From Hemiscyllium ocellatum (taxonomy: Eukaryota): a stretch of 64,000 nucleotides of DNA. Position 1 is the stretch's first letter; each line of letters begins with the position of its first letter. The notes beneath the pieces are model-generated. The model was not told the origin of the DNA. It did not search any database and saw only the letters and a list, made by a program, of their open reading frames with translations. The DNA is taken from the NCBI RefSeq assembly GCF_020745735.1, contig NW_026867551.1:369983-433982 (forward strand), given 5' to 3'. Below, piece by piece: positions 39,110 through 51,920 of the stretch. Both the position numbers and the translations under genes were made by a program.

Positions 39110-40445
39110 GCCCAAGAGACCATACGATATAGGAGCACAAATTCAGGCAATCGAGTCTTCTCTGGCATTCGATCCTGGCTGGTCAGTTTCTCAAAAATAA
39201 CCCCTCGCCATCTCATGGTAATATTAGGTTCCCTTCATAATGAGGAACCTATCCCTCTCAGTCCAAAATGAATGTAATTACTTCATCTACATAACCTTCT
39301 GTTGCAATGAAGTCCATCGATTTTCCACTCTCTTGCTGAAGATTGTTTTTACTTATCTCTGTTCTTAAAGTTCGGAAAGAGTCTTGATGGGCTGAATTGC
39401 CTGAATCTGCAGCATTCTAGCAAGAGGATATCGGTTAAACGCAGGAAAGCATGTTTGCGATGACCAGTGGAGTTCAAAACCAACGGAGTCTCAGTCTAAG
39501 GCATTCAGTGAGACCATTTAGGACGGAGGTAGGGGAACGTTCCTGACTCACAGAGCGCGGAGATTGTGGAATTATCTGCCACTTAAAGCAGTCAAGGTGA
39601 AAATAAATGGAGATTATTTGTCGAAGTAATTAGATATGGCTCCTGGAACGAACTTGATCAAAGGATATGGTGAGAAAACAGTAACAGGGGATAGTGTTGG
39701 ATAATCACCAAAGGTCACATTGAAAGTTATAGCAGGCTCGAATTATTGAATGATCTATCCCTGCTCATAGTTTCTGTTTTTCACTATGAAACGAATGGTG
39801 CTGTGATTCATTCCAGAATAGCTTCATAACTTCATTTGAATTCGACAGAATGACAACTGGCAGTTAATCTCTTCCATGAAGGAGGTAGTTATTTAACATC
39901 ATGAAAGCATGAAACAATCTGTTGGCAACTCAGGTGAAACTCTCAGAAAGGTAGAAATAAAATCTTTCACGGTATGAGGGCATCACTGACTGAATGCATC
40001 ATTTTATGTTTGCTACCGGAGTAAAGAAAAATATTCTGTTCCCTCTCGTTTGTATATTAGTAATAAGGGGTTCACACTTGCACGATTGTCAACAAGACAA
40101 GTAGGAACGAGAATAAAAATAAAGGAATATAGTTCTGAGGCTTTATAAGGCCTCTGGTCTGACCAGACCACATTTTGATCTTTATGAGCAAATTTGGGCT
40201 TACATCTCAGGAAGGATGAGCTGGTCCGCGAGCGAGTCTGGAGGAGGTTCACGACAATATTCACAGGAATAAAAGGCTGAACGTATGAGGAAAGTTTTAG
40301 GAATGTGGGTCGCAAGAATCTCGAAGGATGAAGGGTGAGCAAATTGAAACTTACAGGATACTGACAGGCGTGGATGGAGTGAATGAGGGAAGATGTTCCA
40401 TTTAGCAGGAGGGACCAGGATCAGAGGACACAGACTTAGGTGAAG
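39110..40445. mobile_element. Cluster of CR1 3' fragments in both orientations
   Basis: Minus-strand tail at ~39110-39370; plus-strand pieces at ~39430-39790 and ~40090-40445 (ggtctgaccagaccacatttt..ggaggttcac). Confidence 0.7.
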
Positions 40446-40449
40446 ATTG

Positions 40450-40990
40450 CGATTGTTGACGGACTTTCAACCCAACTGTTTGTTCTGTGGTGCTGGGGCG
40501 TTCGTGAACCAATGATATGTGGAGTGTTTCATTTTGAGTTTCCTGAAAAGCACGTTAGTCACACGCTCCTGATCTTTGGGCACCCAGTGGCAATATAGAA
40601 GTATAGGTTAGAGGACCTCCGCGTGGTTTTGCTACTGGGCCTGTGCAAACTGGTCATAAACTGGTCTAGGCAGCGGTACGTGGAAGGGGTCGTAATGACC
40701 GATTGCCTACCCATCTTATGAGGTTACGTTTCAGTCCAGATGTCTCTGAAGAATGAGCACATGGTGCTTACGAACATCCTCGAGATTTTCAGGGACAGGC
40801 CCTCCTACTCTATTTTGATTTTATCCCTGCTCTCCCCTTCATCTTTCTAATCATGGAACATTGCTCTTTGGTGTAAAAGGCACTTTTTGTCACTGGCCCC
40901 TGTGTTGTTTCCTTTCTTCCTGCTGATGGAAAATGAATAAGGGTTTATGAACCTGTTGTTTTTCGTTGTGACTCGCAACTGCACATACAC
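40450..40990 (+). mobile_element. Tx1/L1-like retrotransposon 3' fragment
   Basis: QPNCLFCGA zinc-finger relic, TLLIFGHPV, LLLGLCKLVINWSRQR..DCLP; recognised from memory of shark Tx1-type elements. Confidence 0.6.
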
Positions 40991-41251
40991 AACTTTGGTG
41001 CTAGGGAAGAACAGAAAGAAAAACATAAATTTCAACCGATCATTCCTCACTTCATGCACCAGTCACTAAAGCCCAGGAATCAGTTTCGTATACATTTGTT
41101 GCACTTTCTCACTTAAGGAGGTCAAAACTGGAGTAATATATTAAGTAACATTGATTTATATTATATTATATCATTTTATATTACAAAATATTGTGATGTA
41201 CCATACCAAGGAATGTTTGCCACACTTCGATTTCCTTCATTGAACACCACA

Positions 41252-41495
41252 ATGGATCAGTGGTTAGTATTACCGTCTCACAGCACCAGGACCGAGGCTC
41301 TATTCCACAATTGCACACTGGCTGTGCAAAGTATGTACTTTCAACTCACCTCTGTTGGGTTTCCTCTGACATCTTTAGTTTTATCTCACATTCTAAAAAT
41401 GTCGCAGCTTAGTTACATTAAACTTGGTGAATCAAGGCTACAAGGGGGAGGATGGGAATTTCATCTGGTCTTGAAGCTCTTCAGGGGGTCTTGAA
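41252..41495 (+). mobile_element. HE1-type SINE, highly decayed
   Basis: tggatcagtggttagtattaccgtctcacagcaccagg..gggtttcctc. Confidence 0.6.
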
Positions 41496-41769
41496 CATAT
41501 TCTGAAAAAGGTCGCCTTCCAATCATGTTTACTTTTATTCACTCCCTTCCACAATCTGTGACATCTATCTCCTACCTGTGCTGAGCAAGTGAGTGACTGC
41601 TCCACTTGTAAAATATCAGAATGCTTATTTGATGGTGGGAACAAACAAAACGTGTCCTCGCTTACTCCAGAGGCCAAGCTTAAGTTCTTGAGGGATATAG
41701 ATTTGGAATGACATTGAGGCAGATAGAGTAGTTTGCACTGAGGAGCATTCTCGAAGGAGTGGTTGGTGC

Positions 41770-41791
41770 ATATATATATATATATATATAT
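41770..41791 (+). repeat. (AT)11 microsatellite
   Basis: Direct reading. Confidence 0.9.
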
Positions 41792-42324
41792 GTTGCCATG
41801 TGACTCCAACCGACAACGTTATGGTGACTACCCACCTACACTGTCTGACCCACGCGACTGTGGGTACTACTGTCCTGCTGTGGACTTATTTGCAAATCCA
41901 CACTCAGTTTACAATGGACTGCTCGGTGTTTGCTTGTGACTCCAGACACAAGCACTGAATGTACAACAGATCTGCTCTGCATCTCCATGTGAGTACACTT
42001 CTGCAACCCCATGCATACCATTGACCTACTGTATCTTAGTATGTGATACAAAGCTATGCTTCCAAAAGATCTGTACTGTCTGTGACCTGAGATGCACAGC
42101 CCTTTGTTTACCACCGATGTGCTCTGTCTCCATGTCTGCCTCAAGATACACTACATTATGATTACTTATGACTTGGTCTGTCTCTACCTTTGAATCCAGC
42201 TTCACAGCACCTTAGTCACGACTCACCTCCTTAGTCACTGCATGTGACTGCAATCCACTTCACTGTTGTTATCACTGGTCTGCACTGTGTCTTACGCCAG
42301 ACCCACATTCATGGATTCATGTAA

Positions 42325-42670
42325 TTAGATTAGATCCCTACAGTGATGAAATAGGCTCTTTGCGTCAACAAATCTAGATCGAGCATCTGAAGAGTAACCC
42401 AGTAAGACGCATTCCACTCCCCTATTAATCCACATTTCCATGAACTAATGAACCTAACCAACATACCCCTGTACACTACGGACAATCTGGCAAAGCCAAT
42501 TCACCTAATCTGCGCAATTTTGGATTGTGCGAGGTAACGGGAGCGGCTGCAGGACACCCAGGCAGAGGGGAGGAAAATGTGCAAACACCACACGAACAGT
42601 CGCCCGAGGCTGTAATCAAACACTGGTTCCTGGCATTGCGATACAGCAATGATAACCACTGAGACACGGT
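42325..42670 (-). mobile_element. HE1-type SINE inserted in the 54-bp array
   Basis: Reverse complement: gtgtctcagtggttatcattgctgtatcgcaatgccaggaaccagtgtttgattacagcctcgggcgactg; tail tagggatctaatctaa. Confidence 0.85.
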
Positions 42671-42679
42671 GATCTTTGG

Positions 42680-43130
42680 ATACCAGAAAACATTCATAAG
42701 ATCTGTTATTGAGCTTTATGGATAGACTCTGTTACGTTTTTCTCTGCAGCATCAGAGGCTTGGGGGAACCTTATCGAAGATTATAAAATTATGTCGAACA
42801 TGGATAACCTGAAAAATACATAACTTTGCCCCAGGGTCCGTGAATCCAAAACTAGACCACATGGCTTGATGTCTGAGATGGAAACGTTAAAAATGGGCAA
42901 CATTTTTCACTCATAGCGCAGTGTGAGCATGGAACGAATTACTTAAGGAAATGATAGAGATTGCTACAATTGCAACACTTAAAAGGCGTCTGGGTTAGTG
43001 TGCAAATAGGAAATCTTCAGCGATATATGCCTGAAAGTTTGGCAAATGGGTTTAGATTAATACAGCATGTTTGGTCGAATGGCTGCGTTGGACCAAAGAT
43101 TTTGTTTCTGTGAGGTACATCTCTATGACT
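42680..43130 (+). mobile_element. CR1 3' fragment inserted in the 54-bp array
   Basis: tttttctctg..gaggcttgggggaaccttat..tccaaaactaga..ggcaacatttttcac..ctctatgactc. Confidence 0.75.
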
Positions 43131-44134
43131 CAAGATTCACGGCACTATGGCTACCAATGATATTCTCCGTCTCTGTATCTCTTTGCAGAACAACAGCACA
43201 ATATTTTGCCATGATCTATTCTCTCTCTGCATTTGACTTCAGACCAAAAATATTGTGGTTATCACTGATCTGCTCAGGCTATAAATTTGAATCCAGATTC
43301 GCTGTACTCTGTTTCACAGTCATCTACTCTACCTCTACCTTTTACTGCAGAACACCAGCTCCGTAAATACTGACTCTTCATTCGACTCCAGACCCACAGA
43401 TCAGTATCTACCACTGAACTGTTCTGTGTTACTCCAGGCCAACTGCATTGTGTCACCACTATCTGTTTTGTCTCTACTTGTAAATCCAAACCCACATTCC
43501 TGTGGGCAACACTGATCGTCTCTGTCCCTTCACGAGACTCCAGAAGCACAACACTGTGGTCATTATTAACTTGCTGTCTCTACATGTGACTCCAGACCAG
43601 AGGGCCTGTGGTTTCCACTGACCTGCTCCCTCTCTACATCCGAGTCCCGACACACAGCACTGTGGTTACCGCTTACCTGCTCTGCATCTATATTCGAATC
43701 AGGCCCACAGCAATGTGTTTACTCCAACCTGCGCTTCTCTAACAAGTGACTACAGACTCTCAGCAATGTTATGAATGACCTGCTCTGTAACGACAGACAC
43801 AAAGCATTGGGTGTTCTATTGATGTATTCTGTCTCAATATGTGCCGCATTGCCGACGTAAATTTGCTTTGAAATAACCTACTCTCTTTCTGCATGTGGCT
43901 CGAGGCACAAAGCACGGTGATTACCAATGACTTGCTTTGTCTCTACATATAACTCCAGACTAAAAGCACCGTGGTTGCCATTGAGCTATCCTGTCCCTAC
44001 ATTTGATTACAGGCACAAAGCACAGTGGTTCTCACTGACGTGATATCTATCTACACGTGACAACAGTCCACAGCAATGCAGTTTTCACTGGTCCACACTG
44101 TGTCTGCATATGATTCCAGACTTACAACACTGCA

Positions 44135-45455
44135 CGTAGCACAAAAGATTGGTAAGGAAGCTGCCAAGGTTCTAGGCGTTGAGCCTCAGGGGGAGCCTCA
44201 GCAAGCTGTTGTTTCTATTCCCTGGAGCAGATGGGTGGCCTTATAAAAGTTTACAAAATCATGAGGGGCATGGATAAGTTTCAAACGTCATGCCTTTCTT
44301 CGACAGTAGGGGAGTCCAAAACTAGAGAGCATTTGTTTAAGGGTGAGAGGGGAATTTTTTAAAAAGGACATGAGTGGAGACGTTTCTTCACACAGTCGAT
44401 GGTGCGTGCATGAAACGTACTGCCAGCGGACGCGACAAACACTGCGATAGTTACATCATTTAAGAAGTACCTGGATAGGCATATGTGCAGGAAACGTTGA
44501 GTTAGATAAGTGCCAAATGGTACTAAATGGGGTTAGATTAATTTAGGCTATCTTGTCGGTATGGTCAAGTTGGACAAAGATGCTGCTTCCCTGCTGCACA
44601 TATGAGTGATTCTATGACTCTCGACCAATAGCATTGTGAGTACCTGTGATATAATCTGGCTCGACACCTGCATGTCAATCTAAATCATTTAGATATATCA
44701 GAATTCGTCGAGGTCCCAATAGGAACCTTTGTGGACAACCATTAGCCACGGACCGACAGAAAACAATCACCGATGTGAGACTGACTGGCCTATCGTTTCC
44801 TGTATTACCCCTATTTCCCTTCTTGAATACAGGAAAAAACAATAGCTATTCGTCAGTCGTTCAGGATCTCTTATATGGTAAGCGATGACAGAAAGCTGTT
44901 GTTCAAAGTCACAAAAATCACTTCTCTTCTCTCTCTCGAATAACTGTGGCAGATACATTCAAGCCCCGGCAACTTATCCGCCTTAATGCTTCTCAAGAAA
45001 GTCAAAATCACATCTTTCTTGCTCTCACTGTGCCCTGGCATATTTGTATACTCCGCACATATTTCATTATACTCAATGTCCTTTTACTGGGTGACTGCCA
45101 ATGCAAAGTATTCATCAGTATCTCATCCACATCCTCTGTATCCAAACACAGGTTCCCTCCATTACCTCCGTGTGATCCATTTTCTTTCGAGTTATGCTTC
45201 TGGTTTTAATGTTAATATGTAATGTCTTGGAACTTCCCTTAACTCTGCTTGCCAAGTGCATTCCATGGCCCTTTCTTGCTCTCCTAAATCCCTGCTTTAG
45301 TACCTTCCTGCCTTCCTTAAACTTTTCATGGGCGTTTTCCAATGTATGCTTCCTAAAACCCACATATGCTTCCTTTTCCCCTTTTGACTCGATTCAGAAC
45401 CTCCCTCGTTATCCAAGTGTCCCTATCATTGCACTCCTCGCTTTCCATCCATCCA
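44135..45455. mobile_element. CR1 fragments inserted in the 54-bp array (+ ~44135-44622, - ~44690-45455)
   Basis: + strand 3' end ending ttctatgactc; - strand FRRARKGHGMHLASRVKGSSK (ORF2 linker). Confidence 0.75.
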
Positions 45456-46394
45456 ATACACTATTGTTGACACTGTCTCAGCAAGTAACTCCAGACAGAA
45501 GCGCGATGTTTCCCTTGACATACTCTGTCTCCAGCTATAACTCCAGACGCACAGCACTGTGGTTTGCCTGACATACTCTATCTGTCCTGATGACTGAAGA
45601 CCGACAGCGCTTCTGTTAGCACTCATCTGTTCCGCAACTACATGTGACTCCTGACCAACAGCACTGTGGTTGTGCCTGATCCACTTTTACTGGACATGTG
45701 CTTATCAGTGTCCAACTGCTTATCACTGACCTACCTTGCTCTGAACGCAACTCAAGACAAAAAATGTGTTAAACATTGGTCTTGTCTCTCTCTACATGTG
45801 ACAGCAGAACCTTCGGCTGTAGATGCCACTGACATGCTCTGTCTCTTCATATGACTCATGGTCAACGGTACTGAGATTATCAATTACTTGTGCTTTCTCT
45901 GAACTAAACTCCAGTCCCACAGTACCTTGGTTTCACTTCTCTGCTCTGCCTCAAAAGCTGAATCTACATACACAGCAATCTGGTTATTTTTGACCCTCTG
46001 TGTGTATACATGTCACTCCAATTCCACAACACTTTTGTTATGACTGATTTCCTACTAACATGCCCTGTCCCAATATTTAGCGCCAGACACACAAAGTTAT
46101 TCTGATCTTGAACTCGTCTGCTCCTACACGTGAAAACAGGCCCACTCAACAGTGTGGTAAATGACCTGCGAATGGAATGTTGGCCTTTCATTCAATGGAA
46201 TAGTGCACCTGCCTTCACCAAGTCATCAGGCAGCACATTCTATTCTGGACCAACTACTGCATCTAAGAAACTGATGGACTCTGGTCTTAGACACGACCCT
46301 CATGGGAAAGAAATTTTCTTAATCTATTTCTCTCCTAATATCCCATTCTTCCCCAGCATTCTCGGCTCCAAGGCGAACAAATCCAGCCTTCCCA

Positions 46395-46684
46395 GGCTCT
46401 CGTGGCACAATGGTTAGCACTGCTCCATTACAGCGCCAGCGACCCAGGTTCAATTCCCGCCTCAGGCGACTGACTGTGTAGGGTTTGCCCATCCTCCCCA
46501 TGTCTGCCCAGGTTTCCTCAGACAGTCCACGTGCAGGTTAGGTGAATTGGCCATGCTAAATTGCTGGTAGTGTTTGGGGCAGGGGAAAATGAAGGGGAAT
46601 GGGCCTGCGTGGATTGCGCTTCGGCGGGTCGATGTGGACATGTTGGGCCGAAGTGACTGTTCCCACAGTGTAAGTAATCTAATA
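46395..46684 (+). mobile_element. HE1-type SINE
   Basis: A box tggcacaatgg, B box ggttcaattcc, gcaggttaggtgaattggccatgctaaattg, tail gggccgaag..taatctaat. Confidence 0.88.
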
Positions 46685-46689
46685 TAATC

Positions 46690-47200
46690 ATAACTGAGAA
46701 TTTCTATCCCAGGTGACAGCATGCTGAATCTCGTCTATTATGTCTACGGTGGAATCACGCCTTTCCAACAGTGTGGTGAGCAGAGCTACACTCAGTATTC
46801 GAACTATGGTTGATGCAAAGATTTATAATTTTGGAATCCGACTTCCTTGCTCCCAATTTCTAATGACTAAAAATTGAAAACAACCCCTAAGCCCTCAGCA
46901 TAATCATTTCTACACGTGTTCACATCTTCGGAGATGAACTAACTTGCACACCAAGTTTCCTTCGTTCCTCAATATGCCCTGGGGGCCCAGCATAACTGTG
47001 CACATCCTGCCCATTAGACTTCAAAAACGCATCAACTCATACTTATTAGAATTAAATTCGTCTGCCGTTGATCTGCGGAATTTAACAAATGAGCATTATC
47101 AAACTCATAATTGAGAGTATCTTCCTCATGATCAACAACACGACCAAATTCGAGTCATTTGCAAACTTACTAATTTTCGCTTTTGCTTTCACATTCAAGT
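46690..47200 (-). mobile_element. CR1 RT fragment
   Basis: Plus strand shows gtggtgagcagagctacactcagtattc and gtcatttgcaaactta, the reverse of CR1 LEYCVQ and KFADD regions. Confidence 0.6.
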
Positions 47201-47456
47201 TGTGAATGCACAGTCCACATTCAAGAAATAGACGTTCATTATTTCAAAGGGAGGGGGTGCCAATTTAAAAGGTTGTTAGTGCTTGAAATTCATCTTTCTC
47301 AAAACATCGTGGATGCAAATAGTGGAAGCTTTGTTTTCACTGATGTTGACATATTGTCGATGATTGAGAGGTCAAAGTTGATCAATGAACACGCAAGAAA
47401 TCACAGTTGAGGATAATAAAAAACAAAAGCCACAATATTTTTGCATAGAGAAAGAA

Positions 47457-47680
47457 GAACTGTGAATGCTGCAAATCAGAAACTACAACAGCAATTGCCG
47501 GAAAAGTTCAGCAGGTCTGGCAGTATGTGTGGATACAAATCAGTTTTAAACTTTCGGGGTGAGCGACCTTTCCTCAGAAATGTGGTGCCTTTCTCAGCTC
47601 TGAGGAAGGATCATTTGAATCGAAAGCGTTACACTGATCTCTTTCCACAGATGCAGCCATATCAGCAACACATTTTCAGC
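47457..47680. mobile_element. Palindromic Penelope-derived element (third family) with opposed hammerhead-like cores
   Basis: ctgaggaaggatcatttgaatcgaaagcgtta (+, from 47600) and ctgaggaaaggtcgctcaccccgaaagttta (-, from 47577). Related degenerate pieces lie at about 24785-24900 and 55560-55715. Confidence 0.6.
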
Positions 47681-48744
47681 TAATTAATTTGGATTCTCGT
47701 AAACTGGAATTGCTGAGTCGCCTGCTCCTGTTCCTGTTCAGTATGTTCGGGTGAGCACACAGGTTACCCCTGGCAGCCTCTAAGATCGATAATTCGCGAT
47801 TGTGCATTGGACGGTTTTTAATTATTTTCTGCCTACTCAATGGTTCATTCACCTTCGCAGACATTTCGTTTTGTGTTTGATCAATGTGGTTCAGTAGTGA
47901 TGCGCCTGGCGTTCTCTTGCTTGTAGGCCAGCAGGAAGCGTGAATTATGTCTCCTTCCCAGTGCGCCTCCCAATTTTCTTTCCAGGCTTTGAGGTCGGAC
48001 AGTGATACATTGGACATACACAAGTATGCCTCTGTGCAACAGCACGCTCCCCTTCCCTCAAGTGACATGGGGACAAGGAGCCAGTGACATTGCCGGCGTG
48101 CTGCCATTTGTGTCTGTTGGAGCAGAGAATCAGAGAATCTCGGAGATTATCTTCAAGTCCTTTCAAGAGCTTGTGCCTTCCAATTTCAAATTGTGTCTCC
48201 TTATTGGACTCAGGAAGCAGTTGTTTTCTGCTCACTCTGCCCGTGTTTCCCAAAAATATATGCAGGTGTTACAGGCCTGACCAATACTGCCTTTGCTCTA
48301 AAGAAAACAATCCTTTTAAATCCAGCCTCTCTCCAAATCCATCATGCTCCAATGAACAGAGAAGAGTACAACAAATAAACAGATCCTTCTGTCAGCATGT
48401 CTGTGACGATCAGTGTACTATTCTAATATAATACCATCTGCCTTCATATGGTCAAGATCCCTATACAGTCTGCCTGTTCATCTGTCTATCTAATTGCCTG
48501 TTAACCTTTGCTATTATGTCCAATTATATCACTTCCCTGGCAGTGTATTCCGGACATCTATCACACTTTCCGTAAAAAAAAACTATCTCATGCATATTCT
48601 TTCAAACGTTTTCCTCTGTGCCCAGTACAAAACGACATTTCCACCTTGGGTGTTTCACATACTTCCTTCAGATCGCCTCTCAGTCCCAAATCTCGAGCAC
48701 AAATCATTAAAATTTGTTGAAAGGCTTTTGATAAAAAAAATCAT

Positions 48745-51700
48745 CTCTGATCCAAGCAAATCCTGCAATAACTCTTTCCGAGGCCTTCCAAACCGTCCAG
48801 ATCCACCCTTATATCCAACTGCAGTGACCGGGTGTCTGGCACGAGGTCGGGCTCTGAGGCTCAGAAAGGAAAGGGGGAGGGGGGAGAATGCTAGTTATCG
48901 GAGACTCTATAGTTAGAGGGACAGACAGGCGGTTCTGTGGACATGGGGAGACTCTTGGATGGTTTGTTGCCTCTCGGCTGCCAGGGTCTGAGACGTCTCG
49001 GACCGTGTCTTCAGAATCCTTAAGAAGGAGGGTGTGCAGCCAGAGGTCGTGGTGCACATTGGCACCAACAACATAGGTAGGAAGAGGGGTGGGGAGGTAA
49101 TTCAGGAGCTCAGGGAGTTAGGCTGGAAGCTAAAAGCTAGGACGGACAGAGTCGTCATCTCTGGATCGTTGCTGGTGCCACGTGCTGCAAGGATGGAGGA
49201 CTTCACGTTTTTGGACAATTGGACTGCATTCTGGGGAAGGTAGGAACTGTACAAGCAGGACCGTTTGCACCTGAACCAGAAGGCACCAATATTCTGGGAG
49301 ATAGGTTTGCTAGCACTCTTCGGGGGGATTTAAACTAATTTGGCAGGGGGGTGGGATCCGGATTTGGAGTCCACCAAGTAGGTTAGCTGTTTTTAAGGAT
49401 GTCCAAGAATGTAGGGAGGATGTGGAGAAGGTAGCAATGACAGGGAATACTCCGGACACAGAAATGGTCTCAAATGTGAATACTTCAACGAAAGGAGTAT
49501 CAGAAATAATGTGGGTGCGCTTAACGATGGATCAGTGTTTGGGATTATGATGTTGTGGCCATCACGAAAACGTGGATATAAGAGGGACAGGAATGTTTGT
49601 TGGGGGTGGGGTGGTAAAAAATGGAGGGAGGGTGGCTTTGCTAATTAGAAATGTTATAACGGCTGCAGAAAGGCGGTTCGAGAGGGATATGCCTTTGGAG
49701 GTAGTATTGGCTGAAGTCAGAAATACGAAAGGAACAGTCACCTTGTTGGGTGTTTTAGATAGGCCCCCGAATAGCAGCAGAGATGTGGAGAAACAGATTA
49801 GGAACCGGGGCAAGTGATGGGCTAGTTAGTGGGTGAGCATTTTGGTGATGGTGACTACAATTCTGAGACATTCACCTTGGTTATGGGGAGAGATAGGTGC
49901 GTGCAACAGGGCAGGTTTTACAATTGGGGGAAGGGTAAATACGATGCTGCAAGACAGGATCTGAGGAGCATAAATTGGGAGCATAGGCTGTCAGGGAAGG
50001 ATGTTGTTGAAATGTGGAACTGTTTCAACAAACAGATACGACGTGTCCTTGATATGTATGTACCAGTCAGGCAGGAAAGAGATGGTCGTGTGAGGGAACG
50101 TTGGTTGACGAGGGAGGTTTAATGTCTTCTAAGGAGGAAGAAGGAGGCTTAATAAAGTTGTGGAAACAAGGTTCTGACAGAGCGTTGGAGGGATACAGAA
50201 TAGCCAGGAGGGAGCTGAAGAAACGGATTAGGAGAGCTAAGAGAGGGCATGAAATATATTTGGCAGGTAGGATCAATGATAACCCCAAGGCCTTTTATGC
50301 AAATGTCAGAAAAATGAGAATGACGAGAACGAGGGTAGTTCCGATCAAGGACAGTAATGGGAGACTGTGTAATGAGTCGGAAGAGATGGGAGAGGTCTTC
50401 AATGAGTACTTTTCAGTATTTGCAAATGAGAGAGACCGTATTGTTGAAGAGGAGAATATGAAACGGACTGGTAAGCTAAAGGAGCTACTTGTTAGGAAGG
50501 AAGATGTGTTGGGTATTTTGAAAAACTTGAGGAAAGGCAAGTACCCCGAGCCTGATGGGATATATCATAGGATTATGTGGAAAACAAGAGAGGGAATTGC
50601 AGAACCGGTGGCAATGATCTTTTCTTCTTCACTGTCAATGGGGGTGGTGCCAGAAGACTGGAGAGTGGCGAATGTTGTGTCACTGTTCACTAAAGGGAAT
50701 AGCGGTGACCCCGGGAATTACAGGCCAATTCGACTTACATCAGTGACAGGCAAAGTAATGGAAAGGGTACTGAGGTATAGGATTTATGAGTATCTGGAAA
50801 GACACTGCTTGATTAGGGACAGCCAGAACGGATTTGTGAGAGGTAGGTAGTGGGAAGTTTGGCCAGTTGGATAGAAAACTGGCTAACCGGTCGAAGTCAG
50901 AGAGTGGTGGAAGATGGTAAATATTCAGCCTGGAGCCCAGTTACAAGTGGAGTTCCGCAAGGATCAGTTCTAGGTCCTCTGCTGTTTGTAATTTTTACTA
51001 ACTACTAGGAAGAGGGAGTCGAAGGGTGGGTCAGTACATTGGCAGACAATACGAAGATTGGTGGAGTTGTGGATAGTGAGGAGGGTTGTTGTCGTTTGCA
51101 AAGGGACTTAGATATGATGCAGAGCTGGGCTGAGGAGTGGCAGATGGAATGCAATCCGGTAAAGTGTGAGGTTGTCCATTTTGGAAGGACAAATAAGTAT
51201 GTGGAATGTAGGGTTAACGGTAGGTTCTTAGTAAGGTGGAGGAGCAGAGTGATCTTGGGGTCTACGTTCATAGATCTTTGAAAGTTGCCACTCAGATGGA
51301 TAGAACGAGTGAGAAGGCCTATGGTGTGTTAGCGTCCATTAGCAGAGGGATTGAATTCAAGAGTCGTGAGGTAATGTTGCAGCTGTATAGGACCTTGGTA
51401 AGGCCACATTTGGAGTACTGTGTGCAGATCTGTTCGTCTAAGTTTCGGAAATATGTGGAAGCTTTGGAGAGGGTGCAGAGGAGATTCACCAGGATGTTGC
51501 CTGGAATGGAGAATAGGTCGTACGCGGATAGGTTGAAGAGTGCAAGGCCTTTTCTCATTGGAACGGCGAAGGATGAGGGGTGACTTGATAGAGGTTTATA
51601 AGATGATCAGGGGAATAGATAGAGTAGACAGTCAGCGACTTTTTTTTTCCCCGGGTACAACAGAGTGTTGCAAGGGAACATACATTTAAAGTGAAGGGTG

Positions 51701-51920
51701 GAAGATATAGGGGGGATGTCAGGGGTAGGTTCTTTACCCAGAGAGTGGTGGGGGCATGGAATGCGCTGCCTGTGGGAGTGACAGAGGCAGAATCATTGGT
51801 CATCTTTAAGTGGCAATTGCATAGGTACATGGATAGGTGCTTAAGCTCGGAAAAATGTTTGTCACAACATCGTGGGCCAAAGGGACTGGTCTGTGCTGTA
51901 ATGTTCTATGTTCTATGTTC
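48745..51920 (+). mobile_element. CR1 LINE with ORF1 esterase-like domain, internally deleted ORF2 and (GTTCTAT)n tail
   Basis: ORF1 VIGDSIVRGTDRRFCG, VVVHIGTN, DRLHLN (SGNH/GDSL-like). ORF2 [72 protein letters not shown]. Tail ctgtaatgttctatgttctatgttc. Confidence 0.95.

Larger units (their letters stand above)
41795..46170. repeat. Degenerate 54-bp minisatellite in blocks (~41795-42320, 43125-44130, 45455-46170), roughly 40 units
   Basis: Approximate consensus CTCTACATGTGACTCCAGACACACAGCACTGTGGTTACCACTGACCTGCTCTGT; unit starts at 43578, 43632 and 43686. Confidence 0.85.

Noticed and set aside
41795-46170. CRISPR-like periodicity
   Set aside because: Whole units are degenerate tandem copies with no constant repeat and unique spacer structure; eukaryotic context; no cas genes.
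47676-48431. Several 90-140 aa ORFs
   Set aside because: No family recognised apart from a short CR1-like piece; left unassigned.
50101-50850. 249-aa ORF as a host gene
   Set aside because: Fragment of CR1 ORF2 in a frameshifted, deleted element.
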